A DNA stretch of 60,785 nucleotides, filler included, from Porpidia crustulata (Eukaryota), in assembly GCA_964255105.1 (NCBI GenBank). It is 4 parts of 4 records of this genome, joined end to end, with 100 filler letters (N's around TTAATTAATTAA, not from the genome) between each part and the next. Parts side by side here need not be neighbours in the genome. Positions count along the whole stretch, not along the records: positions 1 to 15,137 come from CAXUWE010000335.1; 3 more parts are not named here. One strand, 5' to 3'. A model generated the notes under the pieces. The model had not been told where the DNA came from. It saw only the letters and a program-made list of their open reading frames with translations, and made no database searches. This document shows positions 1 to 12,740 of this stretch, one piece after another. A program made the position numbers and the translations under genes. Positions within the stretch are counted from its first letter, which is position 1. Each line of letters begins with the position of its first letter.

Positions 1-153
1 TTCCATAGAAGCGTCATGTAAAAAATCCCGCGTTGCCTTGCCGGGTCGGAAAAGAATCTCGCTAAGCAGGATGTAGACTTTTTTTGAGGGGATATGCGAG
101 ATCAAGTAGGAAAATGCGAATAGTATTACACGACAGGACTGAAGGTCTAGTGC

Positions 154-2262
154 TCAAGGGTACAGGGCACTGCATGAATCATGTCAATTATGCTGTCCTC
201 CAAGGATGCAAGAGGTATGGGATCAGACTCACCCGCTCTGATTCAGCGGCACAGGGTGCGTGTTCGCCCCGGTGAGATCGAAATGATTGTTCGTGTTGCC
301 CGCTGCGTTGCCGGCCGTGGGCACCCCTTGCGCCTTGCAGTTCGCCAAGGATTGAGGGGGAATGCTCTGCGACTGAAGCTTGTTCGGCGCCTCAATCATC
401 GTGACCGTCAGCCCCGCGGTGATGTGCCATTCCATGTGGCAATGCAGGAGCCAAACTCCCGGATTGTCCGCCTTGAATCGCATCACCGTGTAGCCGGCTG
501 GGGCCACCATCATAGTATCTCGCTTCATCGGGATTTGGGGGAATCCGGATGTGTCTCCATTATACTTGACGACTGCGTGGTTGTGCTTGTGTTTGTAGCC
601 CGGGACATACACGCCGGGGCCTCGAGCGACGAGTTGCATTACGTGACCGTGCATGTCTAGCATCGGTGTCAGAGAATGCAAAGAGCATTGAGGAATAAAT
701 AACTTACGGATCGGGTGTGCACCACCATCAATATTGTTGATGACAATCTCGATGATATTATTGTGGTTCAGGACGAATGGATTGGCGTTTACCCCATACA
801 CCCTGGGATCACTCGCATCTTTACCCACAGTCAAAGCGGTAAAGAGACTGGGAACTTTCTGTGAAACGTAGGTAATATTGTTCCAGGTGGCCCTATGACT
901 CGCGTTAGTAACACGATCGACGACCAAAGATAATGCTTGTACCTGTTTTGGTTTTCAATGACGCCGAAATTGAGCTCCAGGGTGATGGTCTGATCCGGAT
1001 TTCCGAGGAGTTTTTGGTGATCTTGTGGAACAAGATTGAAATCGTCGATGATATTGAAATCGTTGAGAGTTGGAGGCGGTGGTAGAGGTTTATTGCTGTC
1101 GTAGATGAGGTATCCCGTCACGTTGGGTAGAAGATAGCCTGGAACGTTGTCGAATCTAGCAGTGTCCAGGCTGCCGAGCATGGCGTAATTCTTGGACGCA
1201 TCGCTTTTTGTCTTCAAGAGGACACCATACCTCTGGGCGACGGCAAGATATACGGTTTCTACATTTTGCTTATCCGTGTACACGCCATCAGTTTCGATGA
1301 TCGTAAGATTATGCTATGCATGTTGTAAGCATCTAGGTTTCGAGTATCATGTGAACACTCACCTGATCAAAGTGTATGTATGCCTGGGAAAAAGCTGCCA
1401 TGTTGATCATCCTAACGAAATAGGTCTTGCCGGGTTTAACGTTTAGCTTGATGTTCTGTGCATCGTTGAGAAGAGCGGAATAAGGCACAGGCTCCGAGCC
1501 GTCTAGGTTGGCAGAAGCGTCGAGATAGTAGCTGACTAGACCGGGCATTTGATCATGATACCAATCGGAAACCGTAACCACTAATTCGGCATCATATTGA
1601 CCCTTGTAGGGGGAATTAGGATCATTGACGATCAGAGGACCCCGTAGACCGTCAGGGTATTGACCAGACTTGTGGAATCGTCAGTAATCGATGCAAGTTC
1701 ACAGGCGGGGCTGCTATTCATACTGTGTGACTGTGATACCAGTATGTGCCGGGTTGGTTGATCTGGGATCGATATTAGCCAAGTGCATGTTCGGTGGCCG
1801 GGCGATTCTAACCATGAAGTCATAGGTGAACGACTCCCCTGGCGCCACCTCACATGAGACCACGCCAGGTGGTCCATCCATGCTGTTCGTGCCCTGTTGA
1901 AAAAGGCCATGGAAATGCAGGCTGGTATATTGGGTTTTGAGGTCGTTCTTGAGGTTTATGACCACACGGTCACCAACATCGGCCTGCACCTTCGCTTAGC
2001 ATCATCCAACTGAATCGTAGCTACTGCCTTGTCGTACATTGATGGCTGGACATGGCCTAGTTTTCCGAAGTCAGTCGTTGTATGAGGGATGAGAGGAGAT
2101 GGTAACATACCATTGCCCATTAATACCCACGGCCTGCCGTTGGGCTGCTCCATCAGGATTCACCGAGACAAAACCGACAGACCAATTATATGTTACAGTT
2201 TTGGCAGCAGCAAAGGTGCATAGGAGAAGTGGGTATAGTAGTAACGATGTAGTAGAGAACAT
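154..2262 (-). CDS. Multicopper oxidase, Fet3/Abr1-like (AA1_2), secreted, multi-exon
   Basis: Signal peptide MFSTTSLLLYPLLLCTFAAA; copper motifs SLHFHGLFQ, HPIHMHGH (after splicing) and DNPGVWLLHCHMEWH. A last intron (GTGAGT donor ~232, CAG acceptor ~170) gives the C-terminus QSGALYP* with TGA at 154-156. Confidence 0.93.
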
Positions 2263-5232
2263 GGTGGGCGGTTTGCTGGAAAGTCCTCAACAGTAGTATA
2301 TACGTAAATAGAAAGGATTGTGTGTATACTGAATCACTTCGAGAGGAACAAAAAGTGAATGGGCATATATATGTGTGCTCCTCCTCGATCCCACTCAAAG
2401 TTCCAGTAATCACTAATGATCAGCCTCATACTTGCGAGCCCGCAGCCCGATGGCGGGACATTCTTCACTGTTCTGGACCTGCATTGCTCTTTCCTCCAGT
2501 GAAATATTAGGATAGCCCACTGGTGACTCAAGTACGGCCCATTCCATGACGAGACCGATTTCGTGGCGTGAATTAGATCCAATGATTCCCAGTCTTAGTC
2601 TTGTTGGATCTGTCGGGACATACTTCGTCGGGAGTTTGATATTGACTATAGTTGAATTCGATAGCTGTGCCATCCTTCAGCAGGCAGTGTAACCTGATTG
2701 TAACGGCTGCCGCTGATGATCAGCAGCACCTCTGTCCACCTGCTGATAATGGCTCATCATCATGACATGGATTGGATGATATTGGCCCAGTCTAGGCCGA
2801 AAACCAGAACATCTTGGACGGTCTGCACGAAACACATAGCCTCACATCGCGTTGCGGTTTGGATGCGGGAGGGCGTAGTTGTCGGAAGGCATCCTTCGTC
2901 GTGTTGTTTCAAAATAACCAATGAAGCTGTTTTGCCAAGCATGTAATATTGAACTCAAAATAGACGTTGGGTAAGATATGGTATTCAGCCTTTTTCCCGC
3001 CGAGTAGGCCTTCGCTGGTCACAGTTTATGCCTGGAAGGAACCCGTCTCGTAAAGTTTATTACTCAAGTCAACCCGTGTTCGCTTAAGGGGATTATTCTG
3101 CCTGATATATTGAAAATAGCATAGAAATCGGATGCTATACAGTACCGTTTAGGAACTAATAATTGACAATGCGCCATTTGCATAAGCGTTGGCTTCAGAT
3201 GGATAATTGTTGGTCGCGTGCACACCCACCAACCTCGACCGAATGGAATCGCGAGCTCGTCCAAAGTAGCGCGGCGAGCATCCGCTGCGCCAGAAAGTCA
3301 ATATTCCAAACCTATGCAGCACTGGTACCTCGGTCAAGCAGGGCCTTGAAGATACGGCTTGTATCTAGCCTCGATGACAGACGAAAGGGTGCAAAAGTCC
3401 TCACTCCTTAGCCTCGAGGAGCTGGATTACCATGTGTGTCGAGTCAGAACCATCTCGCCACCTAATAAGCCTATTTCCTCGTGCCATTCGCCTTGGATTG
3501 CAGACATCTGGCATTATACTCGCAGATCAAAACGTCCCGATGGCGATTGGCTACCTCTGAGTTGTAGGCATATAGTGTTGTACGATGATCATCATCACCG
3601 TTTGAAACTGCCCTCGGAGATTGATGACTGTGCGGGATGATAGTGCTGCCTATTTTGAGCGGTACGGAGCTGTATGATTAGCAGGTGCCATGGTCAGATC
3701 AGAGAGGGTAAATTGGTAGCCTAGAGGCGCAAAAGTGACGAGAGGAATACGAGACAGTGTTGGGCTGGTCCCTAATCACCACTTCAGCCGTGGGCGCTTA
3801 ATCAGTAAACACCTCATCTGGGACGACGGGTCAGCCTGCGCAAAGACTACCAAAAGGCAAGTAGGCAGCTGTTCATGTCGTTAGGGGGTGGGGGTATTGT
3901 GGGTAGTGTATGGGGTTGTTTCCCTGGCCGTCATGGTGTTTGACTGTATCCCACTGACCTGGCAGGCTCTGCTGCTGGCTGGTAAATCATACCGACGATC
4001 GGGGAGCTGCAAGTGCCTGCAGGCTGTGGGCTGACAACGTGGCATTGCGCCGCAAACTGATCTCGTCTAATGGCCAATCGGATGCCAGAATCTCCATCTG
4101 CGACATGTTATGTGGCTCACTACCCAGTCTCCCAGTCACCTAGCCACGCCAGTCTACCACTGTACCACCATTCAGGACAGAACTCTACTGCTACACCCAC
4201 GTCGATTTCATTCCTCCTTGCTCTGCTTACATCTGCATCCTGTACAATTGCTACTGTTAATAGAGCTATTTCTACCGGTGCCCGTTTCATTTCCATCTCC
4301 GCCCCCATCATTACGATCAAATCCTTCCGCATCGACCAGGCTACCTCAGCCTTAGTGCGCGTGGCAATCACGTTTGATAAACACGGGATATATCGATCAT
4401 TCTTGATGAGCTCTTGACCACAACGCCGGGTCAATCCAAGCCTCTTTCGGAAAAAGCGCGACCGCTTCAGGAGGTTGTCCAGCAATGAACCCAAGAAGGC
4501 TGCCACAGGTCGGCTTACCTCGATGGTACCATCATAGATTGACAAGGAGGTGGTGAGGTGTGGGATCCAGCTATCAGAGCTCGAAGCCGCTCTATCTCGC
4601 TGCCACATGTCAACCAATATGACCATGGCAAATGCAGCTTCATTATGGTGGGATACGATGTAGGAAACTGCTTCTGGGCCCTGGCATGTCGGATTGATGT
4701 AACTACCCGGCCGCCCGCTGCCTACCGGACGTTGGGGGCGCGATTTCGTCAACACTTTTTTCAACCCATTATCGTCGCTCCTCGGATATGACGATCCGGT
4801 AATGGAAAATGCGAGAGCAGCTAGGTGCATTAGGTTGATTGGCAAATCGAGCGAAGTCAGCTTAGTGTAAGGATGGAATCCATAACAGAGGCTCATCAAA
4901 CCGAGACAGCACGGCATGGAGGGAATCAGATCTACGCTCGGTATGAATATAGTGTTTGGATCTAAAGCGTAACTTGACGCGGACGAATGAGAGATAGACT
5001 AGACCGAGCCGGCAGCAATTAATCTGGTGATCTGGACGGTAAGGCAAAGCGTGGGTTAGAGTTGAAGCTACGGCGAACATAACTCATTGACAGATCTAAG
5101 GGTTGCATCTAAAAGTGCTAGACCAATTAACAATACAACCATGGCCCATCAGCAACAAGATCACGATTCTGTTGCAAACATCCCGTGCGACTGATGTCAA
5201 AGTATCCACTCAAGTTTGACCATGCCCTTAAT

Positions 5233-6836
5233 CTAAGACTTCCAGACCTGTTTAATGAAGTCTTCGATATCCTTGAGCAAGACATCGGGTTGCTCTAGAG
5301 CGGCGAAATGACCGCCCTGAAGATAAGCAATAATTAGCGGGCCGTGGTGGATTTGCCACAGAAAGAGAGCGACTGACTTGAGGGTGTCTACGGAAGAACA
5401 CGAGATCTCCCAACGTGGCGACCCAGCTCTGCGGAGTTGGGAAAACCTCCTTGGGAAATGTTGAGTACCCGAAGGGTTTCGAGATGTACTTAGGAGGTCC
5501 TAATGATTTCAGTCTCTCGGGAGAATCATCCTAGAAGAATCGGGCATTAGCATTCTTTCTCGGAAGGACTATCGCTATCCTGACCTGGCGATATGAGTAG
5601 ATAGAAGTTGGAAACGTTTCTGTAAGCCAGTATAGGATGACAGCTTCCAAGATGACGTCCAATGGAGGATCTTCATCGGACCAGTCCAGAAACTTCTCGC
5701 CAATCCTGAGTAATGTTGGCACTTGTCCCATCAAAGTTTGCTCTACTTTGTACATACCACGCCAGCAATGCAATGGGATTACTAGCGAGGACCAGTCCAA
5801 TCGTGCTCGGCTTAGTCGCATGCTCATTGGAGTAGCCTCTGCCTTTCTCAACAAATGCGTCACCGCGGCGAAGGTTTTCTTTGTCCACTTCACTTAGCTC
5901 TACGCCCTTGACAGAGGCCGGCTCTGGTGTGTAGCAAAAGTTGACTATAATGTATCAGTAGACGAGAAAATTCAAGCTGGAAGACGGTCTCCGTTGCACT
6001 TAGCCTTACCATGAACAGCTATCATCAAGAGAGTTTAGTTTCCTTTCTATTGTCGTTCTGCAGAGCAGTAATTACCTTTGCAACTTGCGTAGTTAACAGC
6101 CATGAGTCGGGCAGTCTTGCTTCCAATATCGCCCCCTTGCACAACATATCCATCTTCAAATCCAAGCAATATCATTAGACGATTGAATATACGTGCCGTG
6201 TCATTCAGATCGAAATCCTTGTCAAGCGGAGGCCGATCTGAAAAGGCAAATCCAGGAAGCGATGGAACGATGACATGGTACGGTAAATCTTCGGATGCAT
6301 ATGTATCTCTGAGGCGTGCGAGCATCGGCAGAAACTCAATAAAACTGCCTAAAGAGGGTGAAAACAAAAAAATGAGATGAGAGATTTGGAAGCTGGATGC
6401 GGAATTATGTACCTGGCCATCCGTGAATCAGCATCAAAGGAACAGCGTCTGGTTTCTCGGAAAACAGCGCGACAAAATGGATGTCGTATTTCCTCTCATC
6501 ATCATCGGTAACACACGCAGTAAATTGTGGAAAAGAGTTCATGAAAGTCTCATGCTTGCGCCTAAACAGCTTATCAGATGATAGTTAACAGAAGATCGAG
6601 AAAGACCAAGTTGACCAGTCGAATTCGTGTTGCCACTTGTCCTTGGCTTCTTCCAGCCACTTCCGACTGACACCGTATCGACGGTCTTCATGGCTATTCT
6701 CGTACGTCAATGAGGCAATCCGTGTGTGATTGAGAACCGCATGGAAAGAGTCCAGGTCGGTTTGCGGAATAGTAATCTCGAAGGGCCTTACGACCCCTAC
6801 AGCTTTTGCCGGAGGCTTCGAGTATGATCCTGCCAT
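5233..6836 (-). CDS. Epoxide hydrolase (alpha/beta hydrolase with EHN N-terminal domain), multi-exon
   Basis: Motifs PFEITIP, HGWPGS, VPSLPGFAFS, VQGGDIGS (Asp nucleophile) and GGHFAALEQP (catalytic His); includes a 9-nt micro-exon at 6010-6018. Confidence 0.92.
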
Positions 6837-7625
6837 CTCTTGAATCAGTACATCTATAGGGCTTGTCCGCAGACAACTCTGTGGGTCATGCCATACTTAA
6901 AAGCTTGGGATGGCGCTAGCGTTCTGATTTATAATACCACTCGCTTAAGACGGCCATTGGATCGCCGGCTAAGCTCGATTGGTCGGTTCGTACAGACCCA
7001 CTTTGACGATCCCATCATCAGGCATACTCTTATCGAAGCTTTTTCGGTCTTCGGCGCGGTATCCAGATCAGGTTTTACAGCTCAGGTTGATACTGATACC
7101 CATAGTCATGAATTGTATCCAATGCTCCATCAATTGAAGAATTGACCATGTAATTAGTCTACCCCAGACACTAGGTAAACTTCCATCTCAGAAAGTCCCA
7201 CCCGTTTAACATAAGTCCACAAATTTTCTAATTCGAACGACCTCTCAGATCCACTTTCAATATTAGTACAAAGACGATGGCCACGCTTGTTTTGGCAGCT
7301 CTGTCACTGTTTCATGGAATAATTTCTCCAGAGACTTTTCGATTGTTCACACTCAACACTATCGCAGGATACGGTAGGAACCACATATTTATAATGCGTA
7401 TTGAGTAGGTAACGAATGTACCATAGATATGTACTCTATGCATTAAGTGTATCAGCCATGTCAAACCGAGGGCTTAGGTTGCCTCTACTCCCGTGCAGTT
7501 GTAAACCCCAATATCGTCGTCCCCACGCTCAAACGCTCCCGATCTAAGAAAACCAAAAAATTCGACTCCAATCACCTTCGCTTCGATCCCGTTGATCCCG
7601 TTGAACCCATCAGCAGGACCTCACT

Positions 7626-10600
7626 CTAGCTCAAGAGTTTTCCTAACCACCCGCGCTTGAGATGCCCAGTGTGCCCGAACAACCTCGCATGCCGGTCTCT
7701 CCTTCGATGTGCCGTGCCCGTCCCGCTCATGTTGTTGCGTGCATAAAGACTCAGACGATTGCCACTCCCGCACAGTTGAGTACTATTGCCCGGACAGGTC
7801 ATCCCGCACTCGGTCTCTTTGGCGGCCTGCGCCGCCCCCGCTGCCAGTTGGTTACCGCACCAGCACTCGCGGCCGTACTCGAGCGCGGCAAAGGCGTATT
7901 GGTAGCAGTTGGACAGGCAGTACTCGACCGTCATGTTGTCGGCGGCCAGGACCTCATAGGGGAGGACGCGGGAGCCGGGGCTGTCGATGTAGCAGTGGGC
8001 GTAGGTGAAGTTTGTGTTGCCGGGCACGATGACAGGAGTGGGGGTGGAAGTGGCAGAGGTTGTCGAGGCGACGGTTGTGGAGGTGACGGTGGCGGTGGAA
8101 GATGAGCTGCTGGATGTTGGAGTGATGGCGGTGGCGTTTGCTTGGTATAAATTCAAACGGTTCGAACCACCGCAATATTCGGACGAGGATCCGCCGCATA
8201 GCATTGAACAGCCTGATCCAGCATTGACGGAGCCGGAACCAATAGTGTTGCCACAGAAGCATTCTTGAGAATATTCGACGCCCATGAAGGTGTAGCCAGT
8301 ACAGAAAGCTGCACAGATTTCAACAGTCATTGTGCTGGCGGCTGTTTGCTTCGCAGAAAGTGCTCTGGTGTTGGTAGCTTCAGAGTAGCACCCTTGGTAT
8401 GCAAAGCCACTTGCTTTCTGCACAGTCTGAGGACCCGTTGGCGTAAGAGTGTAGAAGCTGAGACGACTAGGTCCGCCGCAAATCTGACTGGAGTCACCAC
8501 TGCAGGTCATTGAGCAACCGCTGGTGGCCGGGGCCGAGCCTGTGGCAATGGAGTTGTCACAGTAGCATTCGCTGGAGTATTCAACACCCATGTAAGTGTA
8601 ACCTTTGCAAAATGACGCGCATTGTGCTACGGTCATGCCACCGTTGGCGGTTGAATTTGCAGAGAGAGCACGACCGTTTGTAGCTTCGGAATAACAACCT
8701 GTATACGAGAAAGTGCCGGCTGTCTGGACCGTCACTGGGCCTGTAGTCGATGTTGGTGATGTTGATGTAGTCGAAGTGGGCGCTGATGATGAAGCGGTAA
8801 AGTTTTGGACCGATGCACCATTCTTGTAGAAGCTAAGGCGGTTAGGGCCCCCACAGAGTTCATTACCATTTCCTCCGCAAGTCATTGAACAGCCACTCAT
8901 GGCGGCTATAGCGGATCCAGGGGCAATGGAGTTGTCACAGTAGCATTCGGTCGAGTATTCAACACCCATGTAAGTATAGGCAGAACAGAAAGCGGCACAA
9001 GCCTCGATTGTCATCGAATTGCTCACATTTGAAGCGGCAGAAAGAGCGCGACCGCTGGTTCCCTCGGTGTAGCAGCCCTGGAGAGCAAAATTACTGGCCT
9101 TTGGCACCGCGACTGGTCCTGTTGTTTGGGAGGGAGAAAGTGATGATGTCGCGGTCGAATTGGAACTGGAAGTTGTTGATGCTGGCGAGGACACTGTAGA
9201 AGACGAATTGCCTGTTGATGTAGGAAATGGTGCAGTCGAGGATATTGAGGATGTGCTAGAAATTGTACCATTAAAACCGTTGAGCGTGTAGAAGCTCAGA
9301 CGGTCACCATTTCCACAGATTTCGGAAGCATTTCCGGCACAGGTCATGCTACAGTCAGTCTCAGGTGCTTTGATACTGCCGGCACCTAGCGTATTGCCAC
9401 AGTAGCACTCGCCTCCATATTCCACGCCCCAGTAATTGTAGCCTGTGCAGTTGCCCGCGCATGCCTCGATAGTCATGTCTCCTGTTGCTACACCTTTGTC
9501 GGTAAGGGCACGAGCGTTGGTGCCTTCGGTGTAACATCCACTGTACTTGTAATTACCGACAGTTTTGACCGTAACAGGCCCACCAGGTGGCACAACCGTT
9601 GAGCTATTGCTTCCGAGACCATTCGTGAACAAACTGATATAGGATCCATCGTGGAAGTATCCGTTGCCACCACACGTCTCGTTGACATTGCCACTACATC
9701 CATAGTTGCAATCTGTTTCATTGCTCTGTTGGTTCGGGATCACATTGCCACACCAGCACTCCGACACGTACTGCACTCCAGAGAAGGCATAATTCTGAGC
9801 AGCACACCCAGTGATACATTTTTCGACGGTGCTGTTCTGGTCCTGGCCGTAGAGCTGAACCTTCAGTTGTCGTCCAGGATTGTTCTCTTTCCAACAGCCA
9901 TTGTAACGATAGACAGCTGAGCCGTTTGAGTTTAATGGACCAACCTGCTCTGTTACAGCATTACAAGCAAATTGGATGAATTGTTTCCCAAAATTTGGAT
10001 CACCTGTGTTCATTATCCATGTTGCGGTACCGTTATAAGAGTCCATATTGACTTGAGATTTAGGCACCGAGCAATAGAGATCTGCAGTTGCGGACTGACC
10101 AGCAGCCAAAGTAGTGCCTTCGGCCAGATCGACCTGATTCACAGCTCCTATAATGCCAGGTAAACCGAATGGTGGTTTGGATACAGTGACAGACAATGAT
10201 GCTGCGCTACTCGAACCATTGTTTGTCAATCTCATTTTGAGAGTTCGGGTTTGCTGTTCAAAAACATTACCAAACGTAAAAGGTGGAGTATTATTGGTAT
10301 ACGGTATCCATTTCGAGCCATCGGGCGACTGAAACTCGAGCACCGCGATGGGATAAGTTCCTGAGGTTGCGAAGACATCAAAGATTTTCGTACCGCCATC
10401 GCTCCGAACATGAATATATACAGCAAAGTTTCCGCTGGTTGAGGGATTGAAATTGATGTTGACGGTGGTCTGTGAGCCTCCTGGAATGCTGGTGGGTAGG
10501 TTTGTAAATGAGAAAGGTCCGACTTGAGCTGTACCATTGGCGGTGCTGTTGGGTGTAACTAAAGGCCCAGTTTCGGATACTATAGAATAATCGAAGCTAG

Positions 10601-12740
10601 TGATATGGAGGGTACCGTCTCCTTGGTTGGACAGAATGACGGATTCAGTAGCGCCACCTTGGCCAGTGATCACTCCACTGAACGAAACGGTATTGGGGGT
10701 GACGGCCAGAAGCGGGGCCAAAGAGTCACCGACACCCTTCAAGGTTACTGGTGTGGATACAGCATACCCGGTGGCCCCATTGGTAGTTGCCAGAATCACG
10801 TCGCTAGAAAGCGGGCCAGGTGACTTGGGAACGAAAGCAGCTTTGAAACTGATATTCTGGCCTTGGTTAACCGTGAAAGGCAGTGTGGGTAATCCAGAAA
10901 GTTGGAAGTTCGGATTCCCCTTAAGTGCGATTGATGTAATTTGAGTATTGGTATTCGCCTGGCACTGTATGGTCTTGACAGCCGATGTGTTATTGAGAAC
11001 GACTGTACCGAAGTCATTTGGAGACGTACACGTTAGTGGAAGATTGACAGGGGAGCCGAAACAGTATACTGTGCCTTGCGTTGTGCCAAAGTATGCTCGC
11101 CCGTCACCGAAAACTGCGCGAGTGAATTTTGTGATGCCCGGAATATTTGCTGTTTGTATGAGTTGGAGAGCGCCGTTTTGCGGTACAGCATTGTAAACCC
11201 TTAGGTTGAATCCTTCAACATCGGTTACCCAGAGAAGACCACTACCCGCCTGGCCATTGAGAGACGTTGTGGTGCCATGCCCGACTCCTAAAACATACGC
11301 GGCTTTTTCGGCTGAGTCTGCCACGCGAGTAAAAGCAGGATTGCCGTTTCCATCGCAACTAAACTTGAAGACATGGGTGGGATATTGTATGACGTTGATG
11401 TAAACGTAGCCACCTTCCCCTGGGTATACTCCTGCGCCAGCATACACGGAATTTTCGTTCTGCGTGACTTGAGGAACCGCGTCTAGATGATTGGCCCCTT
11501 CCTGATATCCCCCTAGGTTATCGAGATTCAGTATGTATGTCTTGCCGGACTTCCCGGTGACGATACCCATACGCTTGACATTCGGGCAAGTGAACACGTC
11601 GGTTTGGAGTAATTCTAGAGGGGAGGTCCCGAGATCCTTATCAGCCCCGTCTAGTTGCTCTTTTTCCCACGGCATGAAAAAGTCAACAACTGAAAGGGTG
11701 CCGTCATCGTTGATCTTCATGTTTACAGCGGCTTCTTCGAGTGCAGTAGGAGGTTGACGGCCTGGCACAGGAGTTCCATGGAGCTGGGAGGAATAGCCAT
11801 TCCCCGTAGAAAAGAACATGCTGCCTTTACCGTCACTTGCAAGGCCACCGCCTGACATCCATATTCCACCACCTGGGGTGGTGTTGGGTTCCGGTCCGCC
11901 CTGTGTAGTGAAGTGCTCGACCAATTTACCACTACCTTTATCCCAGCCCATAATCCATCCTGTGAAGTTATACAATACACAATGCGATGCAAACCCAGCG
12001 TAGACATATTGGCCCGTTTGTAGTAGCGCTGGGCGTTGGTGATGAGTGCCACCTTGGAACATACGATTTGGGTTATTCCTCCCTATCGTACCTTCCAACG
12101 GTGTAGGGAAGCCTGTTTTCTCTGCGAGAGTATTGACATCGATGCCGTGGAACCAATAACGACCATTTGGGACACCCTTTGCTTGTCCACTCTGGTCAGC
12201 ATAGGTTTTCGCAGTCAAATACCAGGTATCCGTGGTTGGGTCGATGACTCCAGTGGCCTATTTCAGATGAGAATTGTATTAGCTGAACAAAGCACAACAC
12301 AATAGTTGGCTCAGGATAGTACTGACTGTGACTCCTATAGTGGGATTAACATCAACGCAATTATTGAGGTCTGACGTCAGGAAAGGGATATGAAGATTCC
12401 TCGATGCCACTATTGTACCGTTCTTGGCATCGATTTTGTAGATATTGTTCTGTGTTGTTGCAACGAAGAGATATTGTACTCCATCATTAAGGGTGTATAC
12501 GAGAGGCTGCGAGTAAACTTGCTCAAGATTGCCGCCATAATTGCCAGGAAGAGACGCTTTCCACAACTGTCCAAATTGAGCGCTGCCAACCACGGAGGGG
12601 TCCATGTTATGCGTGCCCTGATACCCGGACCTGCTGTTATCCCCACCCCAGGTAATTGTATCGGTCAATGAGAGTTGGCCAGCAAAAGCCTTGCCGGCTG
12701 CCCATATCAGGGGCAAAAGAGTGGTAAAGATTGGCTTCAT
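7626..12740 (-). CDS. Large secreted protein (~1681 aa): PQQ-like beta-propeller, Ig-like domains and six WSC domains
   Basis: Signal peptide; one intron 12258-12326; propeller-type motifs (GGGIWMSGGG, DKDLGTSP); six repeats of the type GCY.E....RAL...MT...C...C..Y...GVEY..EC.C.N...C.M.C.G....CG...RL separated by Ser/Thr linkers. Confidence 0.9.

Noticed and set aside
4120..4917. 265-aa minus-strand ORF
   Set aside because: No recognisable motif and no protein-like composition; probably a chance ORF.
6571..6579. SreA-type iron GATA motif (ATCTGATAA on the minus strand)
   Set aside because: Single copy inside an epoxide hydrolase intron, over 4 kb from the oxidase start.
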